DNA of 64,000 nucleotides from Longimicrobiales bacterium (GTDB lineage: Bacteria > Gemmatimonadota > Gemmatimonadetes > Longimicrobiales > Gaopeijiaceae): the NCBI GenBank assembly GCA_965208295.1, contig OZ242328.1:1568220-1632219 (forward strand). Reading direction: 5' to 3'. Made by a program: the position numbers and the translations under genes. Positions 21,567 through 30,963 of this stretch are shown one piece after another. The notes under the pieces were generated by a model, which saw only the letters and a list, made by a program, of their open reading frames with translations, had not been told where the DNA came from and did not search any database. Every line of letters starts with the position of its first letter. Position 1 is the first letter of the stretch.

Positions 21567-21980
21567 CTACGGATCGCAGCCCTTGCTCCCTTGAGGCCGC
21601 GGTTTTTTCTCGGCGGTGATCGTACCGCGCTGGGTACCCAGCACCCAGTTTCCGGCGTAGCAGAAGCCGTCTCCCGTAAGCCGCAGAATGAGTGTGCCCT
21701 GAGCAAGGTTGGCGTGGACGTTGAGCACCGCGACCCCCGTCTCCACCCCCCCGATCGCCGCCGACAGGACCCCCACGGAGAAGGTGCCGCGGTAGTTTCC
21801 CGGCTCGCCGCGGATCGTCATTGTCCCGTCGGAGACCTGGGTCACTGACGACATCGACAGGTCGTAGGTCCCCACCGGATCCAGGATCGACTCCTCCATC
21901 GCGCGGGAAGGAGACGTGGCACAACCGGGAAGCAACCCGGAGATGAGTACCAGCGGCATGTGGCGGGATCCCGTCGACAT
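21567..21980 (-). CDS. Small hypothetical lipoprotein
   Basis: MSTGSRHMPLVLISGLLPGCATSP lipobox, followed by a beta-rich sequence. I prefer the internal start at 21980 over the track start at 22184 (Gly/Arg-rich, overlaps the neighbouring gene). Confidence 0.45.
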   Translation of the reverse strand: MSTGSRHMPLVLISGLLPGCATSPSRAMEESILDPVGTYDLSMSSVTQVSDGTMTIRGEPGNYRGTFSVGVLSAAIGGVETGVAVLNVHANLAQGTLILRLTGDGFCYAGNWVLGTQRGTITAEKKPRPQGSKGCDP

Positions 21981-21985
21981 CCGTC

Positions 21986-22252
21986 TCACCCCGAACGCGC
22001 CGCTTCCGCAATCCAGTCCGCCACCGCGCGCACCCCCGTCAGCACACCTTCCCCCACCGCCGCCAGAAGGTTCCCGACCGCCGTCTCGTCGAGCCACCCG
22101 ACCCACACGGCCACCCCGAGCAGGATTCCCGCCGGCACGATGATCCGGATCGCGATGCGCATGAACTCCTTGAACACGATCCACACCAGGGCGACGGCGA
22201 GCACCAGAAAGACCAGCTCGCCGATCAATGCGGGTGTCGCAAAGTCGCTCAT
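21986..22252 (-). CDS. Small integral membrane protein (hypothetical)
   Basis: 88 aa with two clear hydrophobic helices (LIGELVFLVLAVALVWIVF, IIVPAGILLGVAVWVGWL). Confidence 0.5.
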   Translation of the reverse strand: MSDFATPALIGELVFLVLAVALVWIVFKEFMRIAIRIIVPAGILLGVAVWVGWLDETAVGNLLAAVGEGVLTGVRAVADWIAEAARSG

Positions 22253-22305
22253 TTGCTTGCCTTCCTCTGTAGCGCGGTGGCCTGACGTCGCCCTCTCATC
22301 TACAC

Positions 22306-22344
22306 GAGGCGGGGCGGCCCCGGGTTTCGAAGCCGCCCCGCCTC
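22306..22344. terminator. GC-rich hairpin downstream of the HU gene
   Basis: Perfect 13-bp stem, GAGGCGGGGCGGC (22306-22318) with GCCGCCCCGCCTC (22332-22344), and a 13-nt loop. It lies 27 nt after the HU stop. No U-tract. Confidence 0.5.
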
Positions 22345-22370
22345 AACTTCTGTTCCTGCGCCCGCGATAC

Positions 22371-22655
22371 CTACGAAACCCGATCCTTCAGGCTCTTCGC
22401 GGCCTTGAACGCGGGATATCTCTTGGCAGCGATCGTGATCGCTTCTCCAGTACGGGGGTTGCGGCCGGCGCGCGCTGCCCGCTCGCGCGCTTCGAAGGTT
22501 CCAAAGCCTCCGATCGAGACCTTTCCGCCCGCGTCGAGTTCGTCGGCAATGACACCGTGAGCCGGGCTGAAAACCATCTCCAGCACGTCCGCCGACTGAG
22601 CCTGGGTCAAACCAGACTTCGCCGCGAGCTTCCTGGCCATCTCGGACTTGTTCAT
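22371..22655 (-). CDS. HU/IHF-family nucleoid protein
   Basis: MNKSEMARKLAAKSGLTQAQSADVL...GGFGTFEARERAARAGRNPRTGEAITIAAKRYPAFKAAKSLK, 94 aa. AAGGAG SD before the ATG at 22655. The track ORF start (22916) is a spurious extension. Confidence 0.9.
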   Translation of the reverse strand: MNKSEMARKLAAKSGLTQAQSADVLEMVFSPAHGVIADELDAGGKVSIGGFGTFEARERAARAGRNPRTGEAITIAAKRYPAFKAAKSLKDRVS

Positions 22656-22903
22656 GCAACTGCTCCTTGTTGGGTTGGTGCCCCGTACTCGGCCAGAGTC
22701 GGGGCGTTGAGAGCGACGCGCAACGAGCACGCCGTGTTCTGGTTCGGTATACTTCCCCTCAACTGCCTCGTTCGTTCCCGGTTGTTCCCGGCCCCGACAC
22801 CCAACATCCCGCGAGACTGTGTGCCGGAATGTGTACCAAAACACCCCAAAATGGAAGATGCCGCCGTCAGAAACAGTGCTGACGCCCACCCGGAGAGTAT
22901 GCC

Positions 22904-23956
22904 GTGAGAGCCGCAATCTACCGTAAGTACCGTGGCCCCATCAGGATCGAATCCCTGCCGGATCCGGAGCCCGCTCACGACGGCGTGGTCGTGCGAGTGG
23001 AGGCGAACGGGATCTGCCGCAGCGACTGGCACGGGTGGGTGGGACACGACCCCGACATCGTGCTGCCGCATGTGCCGGGGCACGAGATCGCGGGGGTGGT
23101 CGAGGAGGTGGGGCGTGACGTGCGGCGGTGGAAGCCGGGCGACCGGGTCTCGGTGCCCTTCATTGCGGGGTGTGGGCGGTGCCGTCCCTGCCGCACCGGC
23201 GACCAGCAGGTCTGCGACCGACAGTTCCAGCCGGGTTTCCACGGTTGGGGCGGGTTTGCCGAGCGCGTGGGACTGCGTCACGCCGATCTGACCCTGGCCG
23301 CCCTTCCGGACGAGGTGGGGTTTGTCGAGGCCGCGAGCCTGGGGTGCCGTTTCGCGACCTCGTTCCGGGCGGTGCAGGGGCAGGGGAGGGTGACGGGTGG
23401 GGACTGGGTGGCCGTGCACGGGTGTGGCGGGGTGGGGCTGGCGGCGGTGATGATCGCGACGGCGATGGGGGCGAATGTGGTGGCGGTGGATATTCGCCGC
23501 GCGGCGCTTCGGATGGCGCGTGAGGTGGGGGCTGTGGCGGTCGTGGACGCCTCCATGTCGGCGGATGTGGCCGGGGAAGTGCGGGACGTAACCGGCGGCG
23601 GGGCGCACACTTCCATCGATGCGCTGGGCCATCCCGACACCTGTTTCAACTCGGTCGCGTGTTTGCGCAAGCGTGGGCGCCATGTGCAGGTGGGTCTCAT
23701 GACCGGGGACCACCGCAACGCCAGGGTCCCGATGGACCGGGTGATCGGCTGGGAGCTGGAGATGGTGGGGAGCCACGGTCTGCAGGCGCACGAGTACGAC
23801 CGCATCCTGCGGATGGTCGCATCCGGGTTCGTCGATCCGGCCCGGCTCGTGACCCGCACGGTCAACCTCGAGGAGGGGATCGAGGTGCTGACCGGGATGG
23901 ACGACTACAACGTGCTCGGGGTCGTGGTCATCGACCGGTTCGGGGAGACGGGCTGA
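22904..23956 (+). CDS. Zinc-dependent alcohol dehydrogenase (MDR family)
   Basis: GICRSDWH, GHEIAGVVEEVG, the structural-Zn Cys cluster CGRCRPCRTGDQQVC and the Rossmann motif VHGCGGVGLAAV. GTG start. Confidence 0.85.
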   Translation: MRAAIYRKYRGPIRIESLPDPEPAHDGVVVRVEANGICRSDWHGWVGHDPDIVLPHVPGHEIAGVVEEVGRDVRRWKPGDRVSVPFIAGCGRCRPCRTGDQQVCDRQFQPGFHGWGGFAERVGLRHADLTLAALPDEVGFVEAASLGCRFATSFRAVQGQGRVTGGDWVAVHGCGGVGLAAVMIATAMGANVVAVDIRRAALRMAREVGAVAVVDASMSADVAGEVRDVTGGGAHTSIDALGHPDTCFNSVACLRKRGRHVQVGLMTGDHRNARVPMDRVIGWELEMVGSHGLQAHEYDRILRMVASGFVDPARLVTRTVNLEEGIEVLTGMDDYNVLGVVVIDRFGETG

Positions 23957-23977
23957 AGGGCGGTCGGCGGAACACCG

Positions 23978-26668
23978 TCACCACTCCTCCACCGCGCAGA
24001 ACGGCGCCAGTGCGTTCAGCCAGCCGGCTCCCGCGAGTCCGGGATCGATGAGCAGGCCCGCGCGGCTCAGCAGAATGCCGGCCAGGTCGCCCCGCTCCCC
24101 GATCCAGTCCATCGCGGGTGACCCGATCGGAGCGCCCGGGGGGGCTTGCGGGGCGGTGGTGGGTGTCCAGGAGTCGAAGGGCCGGTCCTCGAAGCGCTGG
24201 ATGTCGTCCGCGAGGAGGGTGAAGTGGGGGGCGGCTTCGTCGTTGCTCAAGGCGAGACCTTGCGCCATGGACTTCATGCGCCCGAGATGCCGGGCGGCGA
24301 TGGCGCGCACCTGGGGCATCGAGGCGCCACCCGCCAGTCCCATCAAGCCGTCGGCCACGACCCTTCCGACCGCGCGCCTCACCTCCGCTTCGTAGCGGGA
24401 GTCCCCCGCATCGGGCTCGGCCACCGCGGTGAGCGTCTCCATCACGTTGCCCAGACCGGGCAGTGAAGGATCGAGGAGGTGCTGCTCGAACAGCCGCGCC
24501 GCACGGCTCCCATTCAACACATTCCCCACCACATGTGCCGCGGCCACCACCGCCGGCGAGATCGCGTCGAACATGGGGCCCGTGTAGCGCGGGAAGAGTT
24601 CGCGCGACCCGCCGGACCCGGAGGGGCGGGGCGGGAGGTCGTCGAGCACCGATCGGGGGATGGTCAGTTCGGCGGGCTGGAGGGCGCGCACCAGCGCGTC
24701 GAGCGCCCGCTGCTGCTCGGCTGCGGAAGCCGCGCGGACCGGGTCGAGGCCGTCGCCCCGGGTGGCGTAGGTGTAGTGCATCCCTCCCAGCACCGTGGCC
24801 GCCGCCGTGACCTGGTAGCGGTGATGCAGGTAGAGCGGCACGAGCGCCTCCTCCATCTGCGCCATCGGGCGTCCCGTGCGGATCGCGCGCTCGCCGAAGC
24901 GCTCCAGGGCGGCGCGGCGCACGTCCAGCATGCGGTCCAGCTCGGCGCCCGCATCCGTCCCGTTCGACCATTGATCGGCCCGCGCGTGTGCCGAGACGTC
25001 CTGGTTCGAGAAGAAGCGGACATCGTCCTCCCACGCCTCGTCGAGGATGCGCTCCAGCTCGGCAGCCTCGTCCGTGCCCGCCGGGAACTGCGCGTAGCCG
25101 TACCGGATCGCCACCTTGTCCCACTCGCCGATGTCCGCGTCGTACACCTCCGAGTAGTCGAAGTCATCGCCGTCGTGCGTGATGAGCGGGTGCGGGTAGT
25201 CGAGGACCGAGATGCGGCCCAGATCGCTGTCGTAGTAGTTGTGGGAGAGCCCCAGCGTGTGTCCCACTTCGTGCGCCGAGAGCTGGCGAATCCGCGCCAG
25301 CGCCCACTCCGCGATGTCCGCCGGGTTCTCGTCGCCGTTGGTGTAGGGCGCCAGCAGCCCCTCGGCGATCAGGTAATCCTGGCGGACCCGCAGGGACCCA
25401 AGCGTCACCGTGCCCTTGAGGATCTCGCCGGTGCGCGGATCGGTGATCGAACCGCCGGTGCTCCACCCCCGGGTCGAGCGGTGCACCCAGTTGATCACGT
25501 TGTAGCGGATGTCGTGGCTGCTCACGTCCTCGGGGCGCAGCTCCACGCGGAATGCGTCGATGAAGCCCGCCGCCTCGAAGGCCTGGTTCCACCAGCGGGC
25601 GCCGTCCAGAAGCGCCGAGCGGACCGGTTCGGGCGTGCCGGGATCGAGGTAGTAGACGATCGGCTCGACCGGTTCGCTCATTGCGGCGCCCGGGTTGCGT
25701 TTCTCCAGACGGTGGCGGCGGATGAAGCGCTGCGTCATCGGTTCGCCCAGGGGCACCGAATAGTCCTGGAAGGACATGCCCCCGTATCCGGCGCGGGAAT
25801 CGTGGGCGCGGGGCGTGTATTCCCCCAGCTCCGGGAGCTTCACCAGCGAATGGTGCATGCGGACCGTGGCCGCCGCTGCGGACGCCGCCACGCTGCCGAC
25901 ACCCTCGAAGGCGCCTCCACCGCCGAATCCCCCGAACCCCCCGCCCCCGCCCGCCTGTCGCACGAAGGTCAGCGACGCCTCCATCTCGGTGTTGTCGGGG
26001 AAGTTCATCACCATCGGCATGTAGATCGCGCTGCGGCTCGCATCCATACGGTAGGTCCCGGGACGCATCCGCCCCGCGAGCCCGGCGATGTCCTGCATGA
26101 GGAAGGGCGTGAAGTCCACCAGCACGCGGTCTCCGGTCGCGGCCGCCACGGTGAACCCCCACAGCGTCGACGGCGCGAAGGCATCCTCCACCGCCTTGCG
26201 CTCGGCGGGGTTGTTGCTGGACGCGCGGAAGCGGTAGTTCGGCTGGATCATGAGCACCTTCGGGCCGACCCGGTGGAAGCGCACCACCCGCGACCCGGAC
26301 TGCTGTCCCCTGTCGATGCCGATGTCGTTGGAACCCAGGCCCGCGCCGATTCCCGCGGCGTGGAGCACGTCGGTGTCCCAAAGGCCGATTTCGAGCCAGA
26401 TCCTGCCGGCCGATTCCTCCCAGTAGATGGGGAAAAAGCCGTCCATGCGCTCCATGGCGGCGGTCTTCTCCTCGATGGTAGGGGGAGTGGAGGGACCGCC
26501 GGGCCTGTCCTGGGCGGCGAGCGTGGCCGGCGCGACGACGGCGGCCATCGTGGCGGCCACGGCAAGGGTCGCTGCCGGGGTGGCCGTCGTGCGGGCAACG
26601 GCGACTGCCGCGGCCGCGATATGGGCGGCCACACCGCGGGCAGAGCGGATGAGGTAGCTGCGGATCAT
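23978..26668 (-). CDS. Secreted zinc metalloprotease (large DUF4953/DUF5117-like family)
   Basis: Signal peptide, then HEVGHTLGLSHNY (HExxH) in a roughly 900-aa protein. The ATG overlaps the stop of the upstream aminotransferase (ATGA). Confidence 0.75.
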   Translation of the reverse strand: MIRSYLIRSARGVAAHIAAAAVAVARTTATPAATLAVAATMAAVVAPATLAAQDRPGGPSTPPTIEEKTAAMERMDGFFPIYWEESAGRIWLEIGLWDTDVLHAAGIGAGLGSNDIGIDRGQQSGSRVVRFHRVGPKVLMIQPNYRFRASSNNPAERKAVEDAFAPSTLWGFTVAAATGDRVLVDFTPFLMQDIAGLAGRMRPGTYRMDASRSAIYMPMVMNFPDNTEMEASLTFVRQAGGGGGFGGFGGGGAFEGVGSVAASAAAATVRMHHSLVKLPELGEYTPRAHDSRAGYGGMSFQDYSVPLGEPMTQRFIRRHRLEKRNPGAAMSEPVEPIVYYLDPGTPEPVRSALLDGARWWNQAFEAAGFIDAFRVELRPEDVSSHDIRYNVINWVHRSTRGWSTGGSITDPRTGEILKGTVTLGSLRVRQDYLIAEGLLAPYTNGDENPADIAEWALARIRQLSAHEVGHTLGLSHNYYDSDLGRISVLDYPHPLITHDGDDFDYSEVYDADIGEWDKVAIRYGYAQFPAGTDEAAELERILDEAWEDDVRFFSNQDVSAHARADQWSNGTDAGAELDRMLDVRRAALERFGERAIRTGRPMAQMEEALVPLYLHHRYQVTAAATVLGGMHYTYATRGDGLDPVRAASAAEQQRALDALVRALQPAELTIPRSVLDDLPPRPSGSGGSRELFPRYTGPMFDAISPAVVAAAHVVGNVLNGSRAARLFEQHLLDPSLPGLGNVMETLTAVAEPDAGDSRYEAEVRRAVGRVVADGLMGLAGGASMPQVRAIAARHLGRMKSMAQGLALSNDEAAPHFTLLADDIQRFEDRPFDSWTPTTAPQAPPGAPIGSPAMDWIGERGDLAGILLSRAGLLIDPGLAGAGWLNALAPFCAVEEW

Positions 26669-27831
26669 GGTGATTCTCCTCGGTTCGGCTGGTGGGGAAG
26701 CAAGGCGCGCACCGCGTCGGCCACGCGTTCCATTTCATCGATTGTGTTGTAGAGGTGGGGGGAGACGCGAATCCGTCCCCGCCTCAGCGATACGACCACG
26801 CCCGCTTCGGCGAGACCCTCTTCGAGCACCTCCCCCGGGACATCCGGGTGCCGGAAGGTGACCATGTGGCGTCGCTCCCCGGGGGCGGGAGCCGTCTCGC
26901 AACCCATGCGTTCAAGCCGCTCGGCCAGGTCCGCCACCAGACCGCACACATGGGCCGCGATTCTCTCGATCCCAGCCTCCTCGAGCAGCTCCAGCGCCGC
27001 CCCGAACCCCGCGATCAGCGGGTAGGCCAGGCTCCCCTCCTCGAAGCGCCCGGCGTCCGGGAGCAACTCGTAGTGGACGCGGTCGAAGTTGAAGTTGTCG
27101 GTCGTGCTCCGCCACCCGATCAGCGCCGGGTGAATGCGCTCCACCACCGACCGGTCCACGAAAACGGCCCCGATCCCCATCATTCCGAGCATCCACTTGT
27201 GGCTGTCGGCCGACAGAAAGTGGATCCCCGCCGCCTTCACATCCAGCGGCAGCGCCCCCACCGTCTGGATTCCGTCCACGCAGAGCAGCACGCCCCGTTC
27301 GCGGCAGAGCGTGCCCAGCCCCACCAGATCGGTCACCGCACCCGTCGCGTACTGCGCCGAACTGACCGCCAGCACGCGCGTCCCGGGCCGCAGCGTGCGG
27401 GCCGCGGCCTCCACGGTGACGGTGCCCGCTTCGTCCACCGGGATCACGTCCAGCGCCGCCACCCCCCGCTCCTCCAGATCCATCCACGGATACACGTTGG
27501 AGGGGTATTCGACCGAAGCCGCCGCGGCCACGCGGTCTCCCGGCCGCCAGTCCAGCCCGGCAGCCAGCAGCGACAGCCCATGCGAGGTGTTGCGCACGAA
27601 GGCGACCTCATCGGGGGCGCAGCCCACCAGGCGGGCAAAACGCTCGCGGCAGTCGGTGGCCAGCGCTTCCCAGTCGTCGAAGCTGGGCCGCCCCACGCGG
27701 GCCGTGGAATCCATGAAGGCGTGGACGGCGTCGACGACCCGGGTCGAGGTGGGGGAAACGCCCCCGTGGTTGAGGAAGATGTGGGTGCGCGAGACGGGGA
27801 ACTCGGCACGGAAGGAGTGGAGTGGCTTCAT
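26665..27831 (-). CDS. Class V aminotransferase / cysteine-desulfurase-like PLP enzyme
   Basis: MKPLHSFRAEFPVSRTHIFLNHGGVSP... and SADSHKWMLG (PLP lysine). The ATG at 27831 is preferred over the track start at 28041, which overlaps GT2. Confidence 0.85.
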   Translation of the reverse strand: MKPLHSFRAEFPVSRTHIFLNHGGVSPTSTRVVDAVHAFMDSTARVGRPSFDDWEALATDCRERFARLVGCAPDEVAFVRNTSHGLSLLAAGLDWRPGDRVAAAASVEYPSNVYPWMDLEERGVAALDVIPVDEAGTVTVEAAARTLRPGTRVLAVSSAQYATGAVTDLVGLGTLCRERGVLLCVDGIQTVGALPLDVKAAGIHFLSADSHKWMLGMMGIGAVFVDRSVVERIHPALIGWRSTTDNFNFDRVHYELLPDAGRFEEGSLAYPLIAGFGAALELLEEAGIERIAAHVCGLVADLAERLERMGCETAPAPGERRHMVTFRHPDVPGEVLEEGLAEAGVVVSLRRGRIRVSPHLYNTIDEMERVADAVRALLPHQPNRGESP

Positions 27832-27844
27832 GGGGTGCCGGGAT

Positions 27845-28711
27845 TCAGGGACGTGGACCGGGAGGGGCCGGGGCGGACGAGGATTCCGGGGGCTTGCGGC
27901 CTTTCTCGATCCCGAAGCGGGTCCAGGTGACGCGCTTCGACCGCGTTCGCCGCCGGATTTTCTTGTTCCTGCGGATGGATTCACTGTCGGCGTAACCGCG
28001 GCCGTGGTCCAGATGGACGCAGAGGGCACGGTAGCGGACACCGTAGCCGCGCACCCCCGCGTTCTCGAGACGTCGGCCGAGTTCGCGGTCCTGTCCGCCG
28101 TAGCCCATCCGCTCGTCGAAGCCGTTCACGGTGATCAGGTCGCGGCGCCACCCCGAGGCGTTCCCTCCGTTCCAGGTGGGCCGGGTGGTGGTGATGCAGT
28201 CGGCCGCGGCAGCCGCAAAGCCGGGTACGGCGAGCTTGGTCCAGCCCCTGGAAGCGCCCCCGCCATGGGCGCGGTTCCACCGCACCGAGAACACGCGTCC
28301 CTCCACCACATCGGCGCGTGTGACGATCCGGCTCACCTCCATCGGGAGCCGCACGCACCCCCCCGACAAGAAACGCCCCCTTGCAGCCAGCCCCGCGTGC
28401 GCGGCGAGAAAATCACCCCTCGGAATCAGGTCGCCGTCCGAGAACACAAGGTATTCCGCCCGCGCCGTCCCGATCGCCTTGTTGAGAATCCTCGACTTGC
28501 GAAATCCATCGTCCCGCTGCCAGACGTGGCGAATCGGCACCCCCTGGTCCGAGTAACGCGCGATCACCTGCGCGGTCTCGTCCGTCGACCCGTCGTCGGC
28601 GATCAGCAGTTCGAAGTCGCGGTGAGTCTGGGCGAGGTACCCCCACAGCACCTTCTCGAGCCATTCGGATGACTGGTAGGTGGCGACGATAACCGAAAGT
28701 CGCACGCTCAA
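27845..28711 (-). CDS. Family 2 glycosyltransferase
   Basis: LSVIVATYQSSEWLEKVL...FELLIADDGSTDET...VFSDGD (DxD). TTG start at 28711 or GTG at 28705. Confidence 0.85.
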   Translation of the reverse strand: MSVRLSVIVATYQSSEWLEKVLWGYLAQTHRDFELLIADDGSTDETAQVIARYSDQGVPIRHVWQRDDGFRKSRILNKAIGTARAEYLVFSDGDLIPRGDFLAAHAGLAARGRFLSGGCVRLPMEVSRIVTRADVVEGRVFSVRWNRAHGGGASRGWTKLAVPGFAAAAADCITTTRPTWNGGNASGWRRDLITVNGFDERMGYGGQDRELGRRLENAGVRGYGVRYRALCVHLDHGRGYADSESIRRNKKIRRRTRSKRVTWTRFGIEKGRKPPESSSAPAPPGPRP

Positions 28712-29811
28712 CCGGGTCCGTTCCCGCGCGTCCGCACCACATCACGGTAGACATCCAGGTTCCCCGTCACCATGGCCCCCACGGAAAAGAGGGACTCGAC
28801 CCGGGCCCGAGCCCGATCGCCCATGGCTCGCGCACCCTCCCGGTCTTCCACGATCCCCGCAATCCCCGTGGCCAGCGCCCCCGCGTCTCCCGGCGGACAG
28901 AGCACGCCCGTCCCGCCGTCCTCGATAACCTCCGGAATACCGCCCGCACGCACGCCCACAACCGGCACCCCCGCAGCCCCCGCCTGCAGAGCCGCCACCC
29001 CCAGACCCTCCCGCAACGCCGGCAGCACGCAGAAGTCAAAGCTCCCCAGCCACCGGTGCAGGTCGGCGCGGAAACCGGCGAAGTGTATCTGGTCCTCCAC
29101 GCCCGCGCCCTCCGCGAGCGCGGCGACGTTCCGCTCCAGCGGTCCCTCGCCGAAGAGCACGACGTTCGGCACCAACCCGCGGCGCTTCAGGATGGCCAGC
29201 GCGTCGATCAGCACCCAGTGCCCCTTCCGGGACTGAAACTGCGCGACCATCGCCCCTGTCGGCGCACCGGGTTCGAGCCCAAACTCCCCGTCACGCTCGG
29301 CGGGCCCGCACGGGTCCTGCCAGTCGGACGCGTCAACCGCATCGTGCACCAGCGAGATCTTCCCGGCGGGGACGCCCTGTTCCACCAGCACGTCGCGCAC
29401 GGCCGCCGAGATTGCCACCACGCGGCGAATAAGGCCGTACTTCGCACCCACGATCCAGGCCACGTCCGGGTTGGCCACGCGCCGCGTCAGGATTACCGGC
29501 GCGCGGGCCATGGTGGCCGCCATGACACCCAGTCTGTCCGCACCTTCTCCCCTGTGGAGGTGGACGAGTTCCACATCCGGCCGACTGAAACGCCACGCCA
29601 TCCTCGCCAGCGAGACCACGTCCGCTTCACCGCGAAAGGCGTACTCCTCCACGCGCAGCCAGCGCGCGCGCGCCGCGCGGGCTACCTCCGATCCCTTCGG
29701 CGCAAGCACGACCGAATCCACGCCCCGCTCCTGCAGCCCCTGCGCGAGATACAGCACCTGGAGAGCGCCGCCGTACAGATCCCGGCCCGTCTCGACATGG
29801 ATGACGCTCAC
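28708..29811 (-). CDS. Family 4 glycosyltransferase (Glycos_transf_1)
   Basis: The GTG at 29811 (VSVIHVETGRDLYGG) overlaps the GT9 stop (GTGA). C-terminal EGLGVAALQAGAAGVPVV... E-x7-E region. Confidence 0.85.
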   Translation of the reverse strand: MSVIHVETGRDLYGGALQVLYLAQGLQERGVDSVVLAPKGSEVARAARARWLRVEEYAFRGEADVVSLARMAWRFSRPDVELVHLHRGEGADRLGVMAATMARAPVILTRRVANPDVAWIVGAKYGLIRRVVAISAAVRDVLVEQGVPAGKISLVHDAVDASDWQDPCGPAERDGEFGLEPGAPTGAMVAQFQSRKGHWVLIDALAILKRRGLVPNVVLFGEGPLERNVAALAEGAGVEDQIHFAGFRADLHRWLGSFDFCVLPALREGLGVAALQAGAAGVPVVGVRAGGIPEVIEDGGTGVLCPPGDAGALATGIAGIVEDREGARAMGDRARARVESLFSVGAMVTGNLDVYRDVVRTRGNGPG

Positions 29812-30884
29812 GCGACCGCCGTCCGCACCGCCGCCAGCACCTCGGCGACCGAAATGTCGTCCATGCAGTCGATGCGCCCGCCGCAGGTCAGCTTGCCCCA
29901 GCACGGAGAGCAGTCGCGCCCCGAGTGCAGAATGCGCGCGTCCGGGGTAGGCGGGTCCAGGTACGGCGCGTTGGAGCCGAAGATCAGGACTGTCGGACGG
30001 TCGAACGCATGCGCCATGTGACTGAGACCGGTATCCACGCCAACCAGCACGCTGCACCGCGAGACCACCGCCGACGCCTCGCCCAAAGTCGTCCTGCCCA
30101 CCAGGTCCACCAGCGGCGCGCCCGTCACCGGCCCGTTCCCACCACTTTCCAGGATCCGGTCCGCGGCAGCCCGGTCCGAGGGACCCCCCAGCAGCACCAC
30201 CCCCAGCCCCGCATCCTCCCGTATCTCCCGAATCAGCACGGACCAGCGGTCCTCGAACCAGTGCTTGTAGAACCGGGTCGTGAACGGAACCGCCGCCACG
30301 AAACCGTCCCCCAGTCCCTCGTCGGCAACGATCCGGTCGACCGCGGCCAGTTCGTCCTCGCCGCGCGGGATCTCCATGGCGAACGAGGTCGCGTCCAGCC
30401 CCAGCGCCCGGGCAAAGGAGGCGTCCGCCGACGCGATCCGGCGCGTGAAGAACTCACGCGTCACGACCTCCGTCATGAGCAGCCCCGACCCCTCGCGCGA
30501 CCCCAGCCCAATGCGCACCGGCGCCCCCGAGAAGAAGGCCAGCGCCCCGCTCCGCAGCAGTCCCTGCGCGTCGATGGCCATATCGAAACGCCGGTCGCGC
30601 AGCTCGGCGAAAAAGTCCACGGCTGCCCCCACAAACGCTCCCCAGCGCCCCGTCCGCAACATCCGCTTCCACTCGGCGCGCTCCCACACGATCACCTCGT
30701 CCAGGTGCGGATTGTGGCGAATCACGTCGGCGGTGCGTTCCTCGACGGCCCAGGCGATGTGGGAGGTTGGATAGCGGCGGCGCAGCGCTCCCGCCAGGGG
30801 GGACGAGAGCACGACATCGCCCCGCGCGGAGAGGCGCACCACGAGGATCTTGCGCGCATCGGGGGGAATCATGGGGGGAATCAT
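29808..30884 (-). CDS. Family 9 glycosyltransferase (LPS heptosyltransferase-like)
   Basis: KILVVRLSARGDVVLSSPLAGALRRRYP...IAWAVEE..., ...GVDTGLSHMAHAF..., C-terminal CSPC...C cluster. Start at M28 or M32 (30884 or 30872). Confidence 0.85.
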   Translation of the reverse strand: MIPPMIPPDARKILVVRLSARGDVVLSSPLAGALRRRYPTSHIAWAVEERTADVIRHNPHLDEVIVWERAEWKRMLRTGRWGAFVGAAVDFFAELRDRRFDMAIDAQGLLRSGALAFFSGAPVRIGLGSREGSGLLMTEVVTREFFTRRIASADASFARALGLDATSFAMEIPRGEDELAAVDRIVADEGLGDGFVAAVPFTTRFYKHWFEDRWSVLIREIREDAGLGVVLLGGPSDRAAADRILESGGNGPVTGAPLVDLVGRTTLGEASAVVSRCSVLVGVDTGLSHMAHAFDRPTVLIFGSNAPYLDPPTPDARILHSGRDCSPCWGKLTCGGRIDCMDDISVAEVLAAVRTAVA

Positions 30885-30963
30885 GACTTGAAGGTTATGA
30901 TAGCGTGTTAGCCTGACAACTCCCGTCTCCGGCCGCAGTTCACCCCCTGCCACGCACCTCTCC

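Noticed and set aside
22652-25124. Long minus-strand ORFs over the alcohol dehydrogenase (22652-23791) and an alternative frame over the metalloprotease (23928-25124).
   Set aside because: Arg/Pro/Gly-rich and without motifs. The competing frames carry GHE/Zn-Cys and HExxH signatures.
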